Assembly: GCA_002633005.1 (NCBI GenBank) | Contig: NMRA01000154.1 | Coordinates: 623,250-687,249 of the forward strand | From: Phoronis australis | Lineage: Eukaryota; Animalia; Phoronida | Direction: 5' to 3' | Length of the DNA stretch: 64,000 bases | Part shown: positions 34,771 through 49,076 of the stretch, in pieces | How the letters are laid out: the number at the start of each line of letters is the position of its first letter | Position numbering within the stretch: position 1 is the first letter of the stretch | The notes under the pieces: model-generated | Seen by the model: the letters and a program-made list of their open reading frames with translations, nothing else | Told to the model about the DNA's origin: nothing | Database searches by the model: none | Position numbers and translations under genes: made by a program

Positions 34771-37700
34771 GTACAGCCTCGCTTTCATTCTGCATGTCTG
34801 ATCAAAGTCTATTTTTGTCTTAAGTCTTTTAGAGAGCCATTTTTGTCATGTGACGTTGTATCGGCCAACCGAATCCTGATTTTTTATTTACTGGCGCCGG
34901 TGCATTTTAGTTTGCCATGTTTTGTCTGTAGTAAGCAGGGAAGTCCAGAATAAGAAAGAAACCGGTGTCTTATATCTTAGGCACTTAACTCGCTGGGGAA
35001 AAACTGTTTACGCTAAAATCTTTTTTTTTCTGACTTGGAAACTGGTTTAGCCGTTTTTCAGTTCACTGGTGTTCAGTTAAGGAAACAAAAAGAAACTTCT
35101 ATATTCCGTGATTGGTCAAGCCCTGTATTCGTCTGCTGTGTAAACACAGCATTGTCATTTTAAAAGGTATTGATTATACCTTTGGATATACTAACCGTTA
35201 CTGGCACTGAGGCAGCTGCTGTTGGTATTACGTTTTAGTCAAGATTTGAATAAGTACAAGGAATGTTCAGCTGTCTGTGCATGGACGTTTTAACAGAAAC
35301 AACTAGAAATGGTCTGTGCAGTGAAGTGGTGTTACTGTGTAACATTGCAGAAATTTATAACCGGTCAAATGAGTTAGCATTTGACAGTGTCCGAGGCAGG
35401 TGTTGTAAACTAAGGTCATTTCTGAATCCGCACTGGTTTTGTCTATCCATAAAAGGTCAGCCCTGGATATCTTGTCACTTGCTTATGTAGTCTGCATGTT
35501 CATGTTTAGTGACAATACTTTTCGGGTACGTCAGAGTTCATTACTGGTGTTCACTTGGTTCAGTTGTTATTCACTATGTGTTTTCTTGTAGTCAATAAAG
35601 TGTTAGTATTCAATGTGCTTCTCTTTGTGTTCAGTCTGTTATCCCTCGACACGCTGTATAATTGTCCACTGCAGTGGGTTAACATGAAGGGGAGGGGTAC
35701 AATGTTATTGAAGACATATTTCAAGTGCGAAATTCAATATCTTGTGCCGTGGTGTAGGTGGGCCGAATTGAATTGCCATTTGGTTTTGGTCACCTTGCTG
35801 TCGTTCTCAAGTTCATGGAAATCCAGTTCCAAGTTGACGGAAATGTTGATGTGATATTGGGAGAGGGATACGTTATTAGACTTCGTTCATATTTTGAGCT
35901 GGTAGGGCATCAATGGGCACCAGTCGTTATATTTCTGGCCTTCGTTTTCACGATGGCGTTAGTGTCGAGAGAATTTCGGCAGTGTTCTAAATATCTTATT
36001 TCTGTCCTGCGATTTCATGGGAAAAACGTGCAACAATGAATTCGAAACTGCGCAGCTCTCGATTCACAGCGATAATAGAATGGGCGTGAGATGGACGATT
36101 TTTTGCCAGACCTACTATTTTGACTTGGTGTTGAAACTGGTAAATCACATGCGAAACGGCAAATTAATAAAAAAATCCCAGTATTCAGATGATACTATTT
36201 TATTTCTACAAGAAAAAATTCTGATATAAATTGTCTAAAATTTAGAAAACATCTGGGTTAATGTCTGGCATACTGTAAAATATCAAACAGTTCGAGAGAA
36301 AATTCACTTCACAGATTAAGATTTGGCAAACTTTTGAAGATAATCAAAGACATGGCTGGTCGGATTAGTATGAAACTTACAGATATGCTCTGTTATCTGA
36401 AATGTTGCGAATTGCTTTTAAAATGTTCCACTTATGCATGAAAGGCTGTCAAAAGTAGCCGCCTTTAAAATCTATAATTTTCATGGCAAAAAAATAAGTT
36501 TCATCAAACAAAAACAAAATGACAATTCAGAAAAATGTAATGTCAGCGTTTTGAGATATCAGTCTTGGAACATATATCGAAAACAATCGTGTCCTTTGTA
36601 CCGTTGTTTTGCCATGGATGTACCATTTCGTTTGTGTTAAATTTTACCAAAAAGACGAGCTCATCTTTTATTTGTAGGTATTTGACTAAACACGCCGACA
36701 GGTCGATGAGGCCCTACTTTACCTTAATGGACTAACAAACCAATGAAAGGCTTTGGAATATGTTTCAATTTTCAACCATGATAAACAGATTAAAATAATT
36801 TCTTAAATTTTGAAATGAAAACAGTGGTTTGTCGGTTCTTGGTATAAATATTATGCACAAATCAATACTAGTAAAGTTGGTAACCCGTTGCTTAAATGTA
36901 AAGCGTTTGTAGTTGCCTTTTGCAAACCTGTTATCTTCTATTATGAACTCCCGATTACTTGGGAAGAAAATATTGACTTCTTACATAAAAACATAAATGA
37001 ATACCAAATAGGGTGGAAGAACAAAAACAATTTTGATTGATGGAAGAATCGTATTCTTGAACAGTTTCTATGAGACACGCATCCAAATTCATGACGAACC
37101 TGGGAGGCATTGAAAGATATAAGCTTTCAAAATGGATTAATTATTCCGCTTTGAGACGTGTTATTTACTTGAAACCAAAGCCTAGGAGGTCAAAGGGTGT
37201 TAAAGATTCTCATTTGTTTTCTAGAAATATTTTGCTTTTTCCAGACTTGTCTCGGCGCCGGATACAAAATGCATCTTGATTGATCGGTACTTAATCCAGA
37301 CAACGCACCTTGATTAAAACCAAATTTACGCTCTTCCACACAAACTCTTGTTACATCCTTATGTTACATCCATAGTGAGGTTTATACAAGTGTTTTGAAA
37401 AAGGCGAATTAAGTTAATGAGGACGCATGTGCATCTTGTGGATAACATTTGATGATGTGTTTTGTGACTTCGTGAAAATTTTGTGGTACGAGATTCAAAA
37501 GCAATTAGTCTTCTCATCTGAACAACACGAGTGGGTCTCGACGAAAGTGTTATAATGACGTCATACTTTGGGTGTAATTTTGTCGATACCAATTCCATAT
37601 TTGAGTATTTATCAATATTTTATTTATAAATGTCCTAGAAACCAGCAGAGCGCCAAGTACTACCTCTAAAATTACTGTACAACCCTATAAAACTTTTGTG

Positions 37701-39289
37701 GGTGACGCTTGTTACTTATTGCTTCCCAAATTTGGCACCACCTGTTGGAAAGTTTTGTCTACGCCATTGCTTTCGAGCGTGCGTTACTTCTGTATAGTTT
37801 ATCAAAAAGTTTAGGGACGGATTTTACGAACATTTCATGTCGCAAATGGAATAAGCATCAGTTGATACGACTTTTGGGATGATCTTTGTTGTCAATCTTC
37901 ATGTGCCGAATTACGCCGGATGCACTGGCGCGGCCATGTTGCTTGTCAGCGATACCAGGTCCGGGAATTTCTAGTAACAATAACGTCCCCCAGAGTTGAT
38001 CTTGTAAATTTGATGACACGTGATGGGGCATTGCTAGATTAGACTATAGCACAACACTTGATGAGGAAAACCAGTCTTCACCTGATTAGACCGCATGCGC
38101 GCACCCACGGGGGGCTTGGGGGGCTCGAATGAGCCCCCCCCCNTATCCCTCGTACACTGTGTTACCCAAGTCCGCACTCAAATGTAACACAACTTTCTAT
38201 AAATAGTCCCAGAGCATTTTTAGGTATTTTCCCCACGTGTCACAGCTAGGTTGTCGGTAAACAATCATATGCACACTTCAATCTATGGAATTTATTTGTT
38301 TAACTATCACACTTACGAATGCGCGTCTTTTTCCGGCAACAAAACGTGTAATAACAATAACCTAAAAGGTTAACTGCTATTAAATATTTTCGAGCCAGAC
38401 GTGAACAGAAATCGCATTTGTACAATATAAATGGTACTATGAGATTTTTGAAGAACTTAAACTTAAAAAGAAATTTGGGTGAAAACTGTCTTGATGGGGG
38501 AAATAATTAGTGGGGTCTCATGCGTCTTAAAATGAATGCGATTAGTAGAACAAAAATCATTAGTTTGGACGTTTATTACACTGAACACATGTTAATACTT
38601 GTTGACAACAAGAATTTAAGTTACAACGATACATTCAACAACTACTATAAGCATAACCTTATGAAGAATAGGATAGTAACAGCGGTGCTACTGCTTACAG
38701 AAACTTACTGTTGTGTCAAGTTGAACACGTATCCGATACTGATCAATGTAGTACCGGTGACCGATAAGGGGGGGCGTAGTTTATCGCCGTAATCATTTAG
38801 CAAATTTAACGAATGCGAGACTAGTAATCAGTGTATTTTTGTTTTTACTTTTACGGGATCGTGCAAACTTCGGTATGAGTTCAACTGGCCGAATATGACT
38901 TGGCATTATCATAAATTTCTTAGAAACAGACTGCACGGAAACACGACTGGCGTAAGTCTAAGAACTCAAAAAAGTCACCAAGAAAAGCAGTAAAGTTTCT
39001 ATAAAGCTTGCTAAATCGAATAAAGCTCTAAAAGCAACATATGCGCACAGATTATGAGAGTAAATTGTTTGCTTGCGCAAAGTTCACAGTTAGATGTACA
39101 TGCACACACAACTTAGGCTTAAAACTGCACAGAATATAGAGTAAATACGACACAACAACATTACAATGGTTCAGTACTTGTACACCTATACTTTAAATAG
39201 AGACCATCTACACTATAACACTGACACGATGTGACTTCCAACAAGACAGGTAAAACGGTAGCAGGCGAACAATATTTCACTGAAAACTC

Positions 39290-40600
39290 TTTGGCGCCGA
39301 CGTGCATCAATTGTGCATCGCATACGATATGCTTCTAAGGTCCACTAGGAGGTGCTGCAGTAGTAGTCAAATCAGCCCGAAGATCAAACGGTGCCGGCGC
39401 ATTGTCGTCATATACCTCTCAGTAAAGTTTCATTGGAATCTGTCAATCAGTACTCTAAATAATATCGGAAAAGCTTTTTCCCTAAACAACACTTGAGACG
39501 TCCCTTATCGAGAACAAAATAGTGACGGCACATGGTCATCATCTTCCAAGTTTCATTACAATCCGTCAATCGGTTCTCTAAATATCACCCCGAAACACTC
39601 TTCCTCCAAATAACACAGCCCCTTGCCACGATACTGCAGGGGAAAAATCCAGTAACACCAAAAACGAAGGATCCGGCGCATTAATATCACATATGTCTGT
39701 GCCAAGTTTCGTCGACATCCGTCAACCGTTTTTTTATGTTCATGCCCAAACAACACATGAAAGCCATTTGAGAACAAAATGACCACTAGGAGGTGCTGCA
39801 AAGGTCAAATCCCCTGGAAATTTAATGGTACCGGCGCATTGATATAGTCATATAGCTTTGCGCCAAATTTTATTGAAACTTCAATCGAAAACACTCTTCC
39901 CCAAAATCGATCTCGAGAAGGGGCTCCTGTGATGAAATTCTTTCGAAAATGAAATGGTGTCGGCATCACAAACCTGTGTGACTAAGTTTCATTCATATCC
40001 GTTACCGCTTCTCCAGATATCATCTGAAGCACTTTTAATGCCCCCAAAAACACTTGAACAGCACCTTGTTAAGAACAAAATGACCACTAGGGGGTGCCAC
40101 ATTAGTTGAATCCACCCGAAAAGTTAAAGATTCCAGCACATTGACATCACATACCTCTATGTCAAGTTTCATTAAAATTCGTCAATCGGATCTCTAGATA
40201 TCATCCAGCAACGCTATACCCCAAAATGGTCACCGACAACGAGGTGCTACAGTGGTCGAACTGGTACGACAAAAAAGAAACCGGCGCATTGACATCATGT
40301 ACCTCAGTGCAAAGTTTCATCAAAATCCGTTGGTTTGCTCACTAGATATATGATCCAGAAACGCTCTTTCCTCAAACAACACTTGAAAAGGCCATGTGGA
40401 TAACAAAATGGCTACTAGGTGGTGCTACAGTGGTCGAATCTGATCGAAAATGTAATCCTGCACTCGATTCGCTAAACATGAAACGTAATCGCTCTCATAC
40501 AAAAAGACCACGAGGAGGCACTGCAGTAGTCAAATCCGCCCGAAAATCAGATGGTGTCGGGGCATTCACATGTTTCGCATCTGTGTGAAGTTTCATGCAA
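39290..40600. repeat. Degenerate tandem array of ~150-220-bp units
   Basis: Recurring blocks CCACTAGGRGGTGC, CCGGCGCATTGACATCA, AAGTTTCAT, TCCGTCAATCGG, GAACAAAAT. Confidence 0.75.
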
Positions 40601-41199
40601 AAGCACGACGACTCCGTCTGTTTCCGCTTGCGCTAGACCAAGATCTCGAGTGTTGCTTTTCTACATGGCATTCAAGTAAAAACTAGGTCACATCTTTTCA
40701 CAAATCACATCACCTTACGGCAGAGTTAGTCAGCGACAAAAATGGCGTCGATGATAAGACACGTGGGGAAAATGTTGGCATTTCGGCATATACCATGCAA
40801 GGACGTAACCAGGATTTTGAGTCGGGGGGGGGGGGGGNGTGAGACGTTCGCACCGACCCCCGAGCTGCCAAATGGAATAAGCTAGGGAGAATTTTAGGGG
40901 GCCATAGGGCCTATCCCTTTGCCCCCCCTAAATCCGACACTGTCACATACTGCCGACTTCTTTCATTAAATTTCTTTTTCTGTTTGTTAAAGAGCTGAAT
41001 ACTCAATTTTGCTTCATTTAGGTCTTCAGTGCAACTACCAGAACTAGGATTTTAATTTGCAAAATTTTGGAAAATTTGTGTTCCAAGGGTTAACTACCTA
41101 GTCGCGAGTACATGTAAATATAAGTATTTACTAGGTTACGTGTCCAGGAAAACCGGACAAAGTGACAACAATATGCGATCACCCCTATACATGTGGCCG

Positions 41200-44100
41200 C
41201 ATAAAAACGTTTAAACATAAAGCATTATGACCATTATACGACTCAGTCAACTTTACCAGCCTATGGGTGTAGTCTGCTATAGAGTCAGTCCTTATAACAC
41301 AAATGACATTCTTAGAACGGTTCCGCTCAATGTCCTCCTTTGCACACAAGCGGTTTTTCCGCGGCGTAACTCCGTTTAGCGTCCCCTCACGGCGACTATG
41401 ACATCTCGCGGTCAGCACTGCTCTGCGCGGCCCTCCGAGTCCGCTCAGGTTTGTTAAACACAACCGTTCACTTCCATGAATCCAGACGAGTCCAATGCCC
41501 CACTCCTGTCTTCTCACTCTTGAGTGAACAAGGTAACAGTCCTTGGATAATAACTTGCATAACACAACATCCAAACACATACCGCTGAGCGACGGCGAAA
41601 TACCGTATTCCACAGATTAATGCTCTTGCAACAATTTTCAATACTTAAATGTTCACAACAACTGTACTATACGATACGTAATCACCTTCTCAATGTAAGC
41701 AGACACTAAACCTGCTCGGCAACCAGACAAGTCAATCAAGACTGCGTACACTCACTTAAAACTGAGTGGGAAGCAAATGCGCAATGGATAAAAACACACC
41801 CCAGTTCGGCGACTAAGAAAGTTAGCGTCGCAGGTCTCGTCGCCACTAACGTGCACCACACTAAACGTATATGGTTGTAACATCATAGACTGTTACAGTA
41901 TACAGTTATTTATGATTAAACACTGTCGAGAGGTAGTGGGAGACTTTCAGGAAGCAATGGGGCCGATCAGGTGGAACCGGTGACTCATATCGCCACCTAG
42001 CTGTACCAGAAGTTATTGTGTCCTCGCAGCGGGTGGCATAGGGGCACAGTTTGACTTCGTGAAGCGGCCCCTTTACAGTGTATGTGATTACACGGAATGT
42101 TTTAAACAAAATTAATGGTATCCGGTCCCACGTGACCAGTCGCCAATTAAGTTGCTCTTTGAAAGTCTCCCACGGTCTGATACAACGTACGTTCCCGCAT
42201 TTCTAGAAACAGTTTTCTCCATTGTATAACTGACATCAACTGGTTCTCAAAATTCATTGAGCTACATATCTTTTTCCAACAAAAACTCTCTCCCATACAG
42301 ATAATTCAATCGCGGTTCAATCGACCAACAAATCGCCACGCATTCTCGCTCAGCCACGATATAGTTTTACTGACGCGGCATAATGCCAATGTAAGCACCA
42401 TGGGAACGAATTGCTTTTCAGCTCTTCTTTCAAGTGGAAAGCAACTATTTTTTAAGTTACCTAGAAAAATGCCTATCCCTGGCTACCGCGTAGCAACATT
42501 GTTCAGTCTTGGTCACTTATTGCTCTCTATGCGCGCACGGGCTATTCGTGAAGCAATAGAAAGTGGTGTTAACGGCCCAACAAAGGATTGGCATCTTACT
42601 TCTGCATTCACCCTCATAGGCCTCTTTGTTGGTATCCGCCACTCAGATGTGCGCAAAGGGTGCTGGGAAATTTTGGTGTTCAGTGGAGCAAACGCTAATG
42701 ACCTGCACAGGGTCTTCAATACAGTGTAGGACGTGAATGCAGACAAATGCATTCATGTAGATCTTAGAACGGGCATTTTGTCCAGTGAAACCTTAGAAGT
42801 CTTTACTTTCGGTCTAGTCTGCAACATCTAGTCATGTCATCATTCTAGGATTACAAAAATCAGAGCGAATTCTACCAGTAACTTTCGAAATGCTCATTTG
42901 ACCAGCACAATGACTCATGTGCACGTTTTATCGTGGAAAACTTCAGAACTATTTTCAAAACCAGTAAGAACACATTTACCCTCGACAGTTTTGGCTCCTA
43001 CATCAGCAGCCATCATATCCGAAGTTATAGGACGCTAGGTGTCATGGGGATCTGGCTGTTTCAAATTCCGGACAACTAATAAGCTCCGGTCATCGTTTCT
43101 GTTCATGACCGATCCACTTTTCTTAACCCAGATTGATTCTATTATCCGTTTGATCTTAGATTATTTTCAGACTAAACAGCACGTGCTTTTTCCCACTTAA
43201 TCACATGATTAAAACCAATTAGAACATGATCAGTCACAGCAGATTTGTTACTCTCTGAAACCATCTCCTCTATGAACGTGTGACCCAACGCTGAGAAATC
43301 TCACCCATCTCATTCCTGTGTTCATTTCGTCTGACCAAACCATGCAGAGGATGCATTAGTTCAATGTGATTATACCACGTGGTCGAACAATAGGGTAAAA
43401 CAGTCGCTATCTCTAGTAATGTGGACTTCATCGGGAGAAATCGTCAACCGGAAGAGGAGAGAAAATGTGTTACGGTATCTGCACAACGTGTGTTCAGACA
43501 GCATGGCATAGTCACTGCCGTAGAGCCTTTTCAAACTATAATCAGGAGCATCTTAGTTCATCCTACAGACAAAATAAGTGAGGAGAAGAAATGCCAGTGT
43601 ATTGTATTCCTTGCCTTAACTATCAGTGAGTCTTGACAGGGGCGAGACTGGCCAAGAGTTCTCGGTCAGACTAAATGAACTTTCAGAGATGAGATGGTCC
43701 TATACTCAAACAAATCTGGAATGACTGATCATGTTTTTAGTTTGGATCATGTGATTAACTGGGATAATGCACGTTCTGTTGAGTTTGAAAGTAATATAAG
43801 ATCTACACTGTAGACGTGAGAGGAGTCAATCTGGGTCTCAGTGGGTCAGAAACAAGGACGATGGAAGTTATAAGTTGTCCAGAAATTGGAACACATTGAT
43901 CACCACGCCACCTACCGTCCAAAAACTTCGGAAGTTGGTTGCTGATCGGAACCGAAACTCTCAGGGGGGTAAATGTGTTCTTACTGGTTGTGAAAAAAGA
44001 AACCACTACTCAAGAACTTCAGAACTCACTATTCACATGTATCAGTTTCATCATCTGACTGTTCCTCAACCATCTTACTAAATTCCAACAACACTATTGA

Positions 44101-44900
44101 AATCAGGTTTAATCAGAATTGTGAGTTTCTCATTGGCTTCGATGCCTTGACTGCCTGTACCCCAGTAGTAACTTCCTGTGCAAAACTTACCACAGACGGC
44201 ACCGACGGATCTGCCGATATTTGGCTTACACGATCCGTGAAACTCACCTCTGCAACATTTGTCTGGATTTCTTTACGCGCTTCAAACTCCATTCATTTTA
44301 GAAGTCCCAGGTATATTGCCATGCAACAATAACATTCCAAACAGGGTGATCTAAGCACATAGATTTTACTTAAACATGGATACACTGCACTGAATTGATT
44401 CCTTTGTCAGCCATAAACGATAGGGCTTATCAAGCACGATATACACCTCATGTACCATTCTACGTAACCTGTTTCCCCAGAAGCACATGTCGAGTATAAA
44501 ATACCCTAGGGAAGCAGTACGATGTGTGATGGACGTCAACAGCATAGACTATAGCACAGGGACCACCAACTCCGTATATATTCAGTAGACGAAGTCTGTG
44601 ACTTTACGCATACTCCGTGACGTCTTATTCACTAGCGACACTTGGAAAATTAGTAACTTTTACTTCCGACAAGTTCGTCGCCAGTTAATCATGATGCGAC
44701 AATTTCCCGTCACAGTACACTAAACAGAAACTGAAACTGGCAATTCAGAAGAGTGGCCCCTTCTCTAGGATACTACGTAAGAAAATGCCGGAGATGAGAA
44801 TCTGTTGTCCATAATCTAAGGTCAACAGCAATAATACTGAAACACCAACTCAACAAAGGCTTGACATAAACGCCTAAATAGAGTTTTGTAACGTCAGGGC
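41200..44900 (-). mobile_element. Heavily decayed Ty3/Gypsy LTR retrotransposon remnant (boundaries approximate)
   Basis: Minus strand 42381-42268 reads MPRQ*NYIVAERECVAICWSIEPRLNYLYGREFLLEKD, matching the Gypsy RNase H motif NY...E.ECLAI.W......YLYG..F.LETD. No intact ORF; LTRs not identified. Confidence 0.55.
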
Positions 44901-45989
44901 CTACACCAAGACCTCGCTAAAAAGCAAGACTTCGCAAGATTAAACAAGATCTTGCCGTGTATTACAACTGAGAATTTTTGCCAGATTTTTGTAGCCGCGC
45001 AAGACAGCTACGGAACTCTAGCCTGGACATCTCACTACTAGCGCTACCAGTCTTGATTCGCACTCCACGAAAGATCAAGTACAGGCACCTACCACACTAC
45101 GGAAACAACTTGGCTGGGGTTGCAAAAACCTCAGATAACAATGGACATAATCACAACACGCTCAAAGTCTAGTTTTTTAATTATTCTCTGCAAGAACTTT
45201 GTCGATTCTCGATACACGAACTATTTCAATTCTTTTCTCGCTCAAGTCCCCAAAATATCACGACAGTTACTACAGAAGCAAAGAAACTCTTAAAGCAACA
45301 TTTTACTGAAACAAAACCAAAAAAACTCTTAACCATAAAGCGTCGTTACAACAGTACAACGACGTCGACTTTAAAGTCCGAGTCTTTATAATGACACAAA
45401 TAAAAGCGCTCTGAGGAGCGACACACCTTGGCGAAATTGAATAAAGATTTAAAGGTGAAGTCCACGACGAAAACAAGAACATCAACAACCACAACATTGA
45501 CACCTATTAGACCCTAACGTAAAGTAAACGATCAACCATTAAATGTGCATCGAGGAATCGGTCAATCTGACGTCATCAAATCAGAAAACATCGAATAACT
45601 CGAGAACAGCGAGAAATCAATGACGTGTTTGAGATAGACTGTGGGAGATACATTTACATACCAAGTGTAAAAAGATTAAGTCAAAAAATCGCCTAGCAAG
45701 AGATTAACAAACATAATTAGATAAACGACCGTCCTAGCGCGATTTTGCGTCCGATTTTGCCCAAAACAATTGTCCTTGGACAATAGACTAAGAATACACT
45801 ACCATGTCGATCAAACGAAATAAGCGACTTCTAGCATAAATGTGATACACTAACAATATGACATAAAAATTAGTCAATAAAAGAACAGTTGTCTAAGCAG
45901 TAAGTCTCAAATACCGTCGGGTTTCACATTACTGATAGGGCTTGAGAACATCTATTCTTTCCGTGCACTTAGTTCCGGTTTCCACCGAC

Positions 45990-46140
45990 AGGTTTTTGAT
46001 TTTTACGAGTTAAGTTTGATTTTCCAAACATGGTTTGATTTGTACGAATTATGGTTCATTTTCAAGCAAGACTGATTTTTACGAAATAGGTTTGATTTTT
46101 ACGAAATAGGTTTGATTTTTACGAACGGGGTTTGATTTTT
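45990..46140. repeat. 20-bp tandem repeat
   Basis: GGTTTGATTTTTACGAAATA repeated, degenerate toward the left. Confidence 0.8.
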
Positions 46141-46849
46141 CTTTTAATTATTTTTGCCCTTTCCGCGACCCATAGAAGGAATTTCATTACAATTAACTCT
46201 TCCTTTTTACTTTTAAGCAATACAAAAGATTTAAATAACAGGAGGGCTAGCCAAACAGGTGTCGCTTGCCTGCTTTCAAGACCGACCAGCACTGACGTGT
46301 AACTTCACGTACATAAGTTCCTTGTCTGTTTTGGTCCAGACTGTTTTATTGTTGAGCATCTGCATGTTATTCCATCAGACGTCTTGATACACATGCTTTA
46401 ACAGCTGTTGCTGATGATTTAGTCCCTTGTCTTTTACATTTCTTGTATTCAGTAATCGCGGTTTCCAGTTGTCCTCATGTTTCAGCCAAATATGGTATTG
46501 AGCTGTAATTACGGTAGAGCTATCTGCCGTGAGTACCAGAGTACTTTGAAGAAGGGATCCAACATAGACAGAAGTTATTCAGTAACCCCAGCCCTTCATT
46601 ACATTTGGCTATTGGTGACTTAAGGTTTAAAGGCCATTCTTTTCATATATTATAGGAACTACATTTAAATGTGTTGCCGTTCAACATTCGAGGTCTGGTT
46701 TAAAAGTTGAATTTTCTATCGGGTGGACTTTGAGTTAAAAACCATACATCACTCCATTTACTTAAAACCAATTTTTCATCAGTGGAATGAAGATCAAAAA
46801 TCATATGCAAGTTGTTCTTGAACGTTCGGCATTGTTTCGATTGTGGCTT

Positions 46850-49076
46850 CTATTTGAGCTGTGCCACTCGTCTCGCCTTTGAACAATCAATGGAAGAGAA
46901 GGTGTAGATATATGGATTGAGTCCTGCATTGATTGGCAAAACAAAGACCACCAACCACACTGCCACCTGGGGATCTACTTGAACACCACATACGGATATG
47001 ACACCAGTGACCACTATGGGAAACCAACAACAGAGATCGGTCACAACGATCCAGCTGAGTTTCTTCGCTAGTGCAATTTCTTTGTCGCTAAAAGCACGCC
47101 CACTGTTTTTTTGACTCTGTCGCGATTTCATGTATATAGCTGAATAACATAAGATCAATAACAAAACCGTAACGCCATTGACAGCGATCAAGCTTAGTTT
47201 GAATTCGTTGGACGAGCCCCTAACCAGTGTGAAAGGTAGACAAACGGCAGTGTCTCCGTAGAAGGCGTTCAATTTTCCAAAGTATGGTAACTCTGTTAAA
47301 GGTAACCCTGCTAAGACAAAGCATGCAACCCATCCACAAGCCATTATCAAAGAGATTGATTTGTCCGCAAGTCGCCGCACTCGAAACACGAACACAGTGG
47401 CTATTGTCCTGTCGATCGTTATTACTGTCAGAACAAACACTGACATCTGACAAGCCACAAAAGAAAAAAAACCAGCAAACTTGCACCCAATGCCTGTGCG
47501 CCATATTGGATCGTACATATAATACATGCCGGTGTTCAAGAAGTACAAGTCAGCAGCGGCTATGATCAACATATAGACGCCCATAAAAAAGTCTGACACG
47601 GCAAGGTTCAGTATGAGAACGGTGTTTGCCTTCCTAACTTCGGCCAAACTGGTCTTGCATCTCCACGCAAATACAACGAAGTTACCAACAACTGCTGAAC
47701 TTCCTATTATCCAAATAAAGACACGAAGCACACCGTTTGACATGAGATCCGAACAAGAAGAAAATGGATCTGACGAAGGTGTGCAGTTCACGTTTTCCTT
47801 GACTAGGCAACAGAAACGGAAGCTGTCCGTGTGGAGATTACTGACATTCAACGCACTAAACGTGCTCTCTTCTATTACAAGGAAGTCATCGTTGAACTCC
47901 AGATTAATAGTACCTATAACCATAGCTCCTCCGAACGAGTCACGTGACACGAGCTTCAATCCATTGTGGCTGATATCGAGAATAGATAACCTCAAACCAA
48001 AAAAGACATTCCCATTGAGTGCACGAAGCCTGTTTCCAGTTAAATTCAAGTGAAAGAGGTTCACCATCTTAGAAAAGGAATAAGGAGGTAACTGCACAAG
48101 GCCGTTGAGTGATAAATCTAATAGGCCAGTCAGAATGTAATGAATGAATGTTTTGTTAGTTAACACTAACTTGTTGCCTGAGAAAAACACAGCTCTCATT
48201 CTACGTGACATGTTGGGAAGTTTGCGAAGACCTGCTCCGTGGCAGTCAATAACATAACCCTCACACGAACACCCTAAAGGACAAGTGCTATTGCGGTCGC
48301 AAAATCTTTCATCCTCCCCAGTCCCGATACAGTCAACCTGACCGTCGCACACACGGGATTGGTCTAAGCACCAAAGTTTGGCCTGACAACGGAATTTTCC
48401 CGGACAAGTAAAATTAGAACAACCGATCTCATCTTCCCCATTTGCGCAGTCCAACACCCCGTCGCACACAGCACGATGTGGAACACAATAGCTAAGTGGA
48501 CACTTAAACATTCCAGGACACAACACTGTTTCACATCTGAGTAAGTGACTCAAGTCGCCACAGCCACTGTAAGTGTTAGTTTTATCATAAATGCAAACAT
48601 GACTTCTTTGGTAGCAGGATGGATGGTCAAGATGGCATCTTGTTTGAACTGAAGACAAACAGTAAGGATCTGGTATATTTAACGTGTTGACACCATGTGG
48701 ACTAAGCAATTTTATTTCACCTCTTTTCGCTTCGAATTCAGCCACCAACTCATCCTCCTGTGCTGACCCCTCGCAGTCGACTTTCATATCTAATCTTTTC
48801 TTGCCGGGGATGCATGTTCCTGAATAACACAAAAATCCGCCATGCTGTGTGCAATTATTACGCCAGTTGCAAGTCTCCTCCAGTTCATCAGACCCGTCCT
48901 CACATTGTTTCACAAAGTCGCAAGCCTCACTATTGTGGATGCATTGGCCGGAAGCGCACCGAAAATTTTCATTAGAACAGTTAGTGTATACACACCTACT
49001 TTCATCGCTACCATCGGAGCAGTCTCTTCTAAAGTCACAATAATGCGACATGTGGATTTCTTGTCCATCAGCGCAT
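46850..49076 (-). CDS. GPCR exon 2: LDLa repeats, LRR, hinge and 7TM
   Basis: 748-aa ORF with repeated CD...DC.DGSDE/NGEDE motifs, L.L..N.L repeats and seven hydrophobic helices of RXFP/GRL101 type. Confidence 0.93.
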
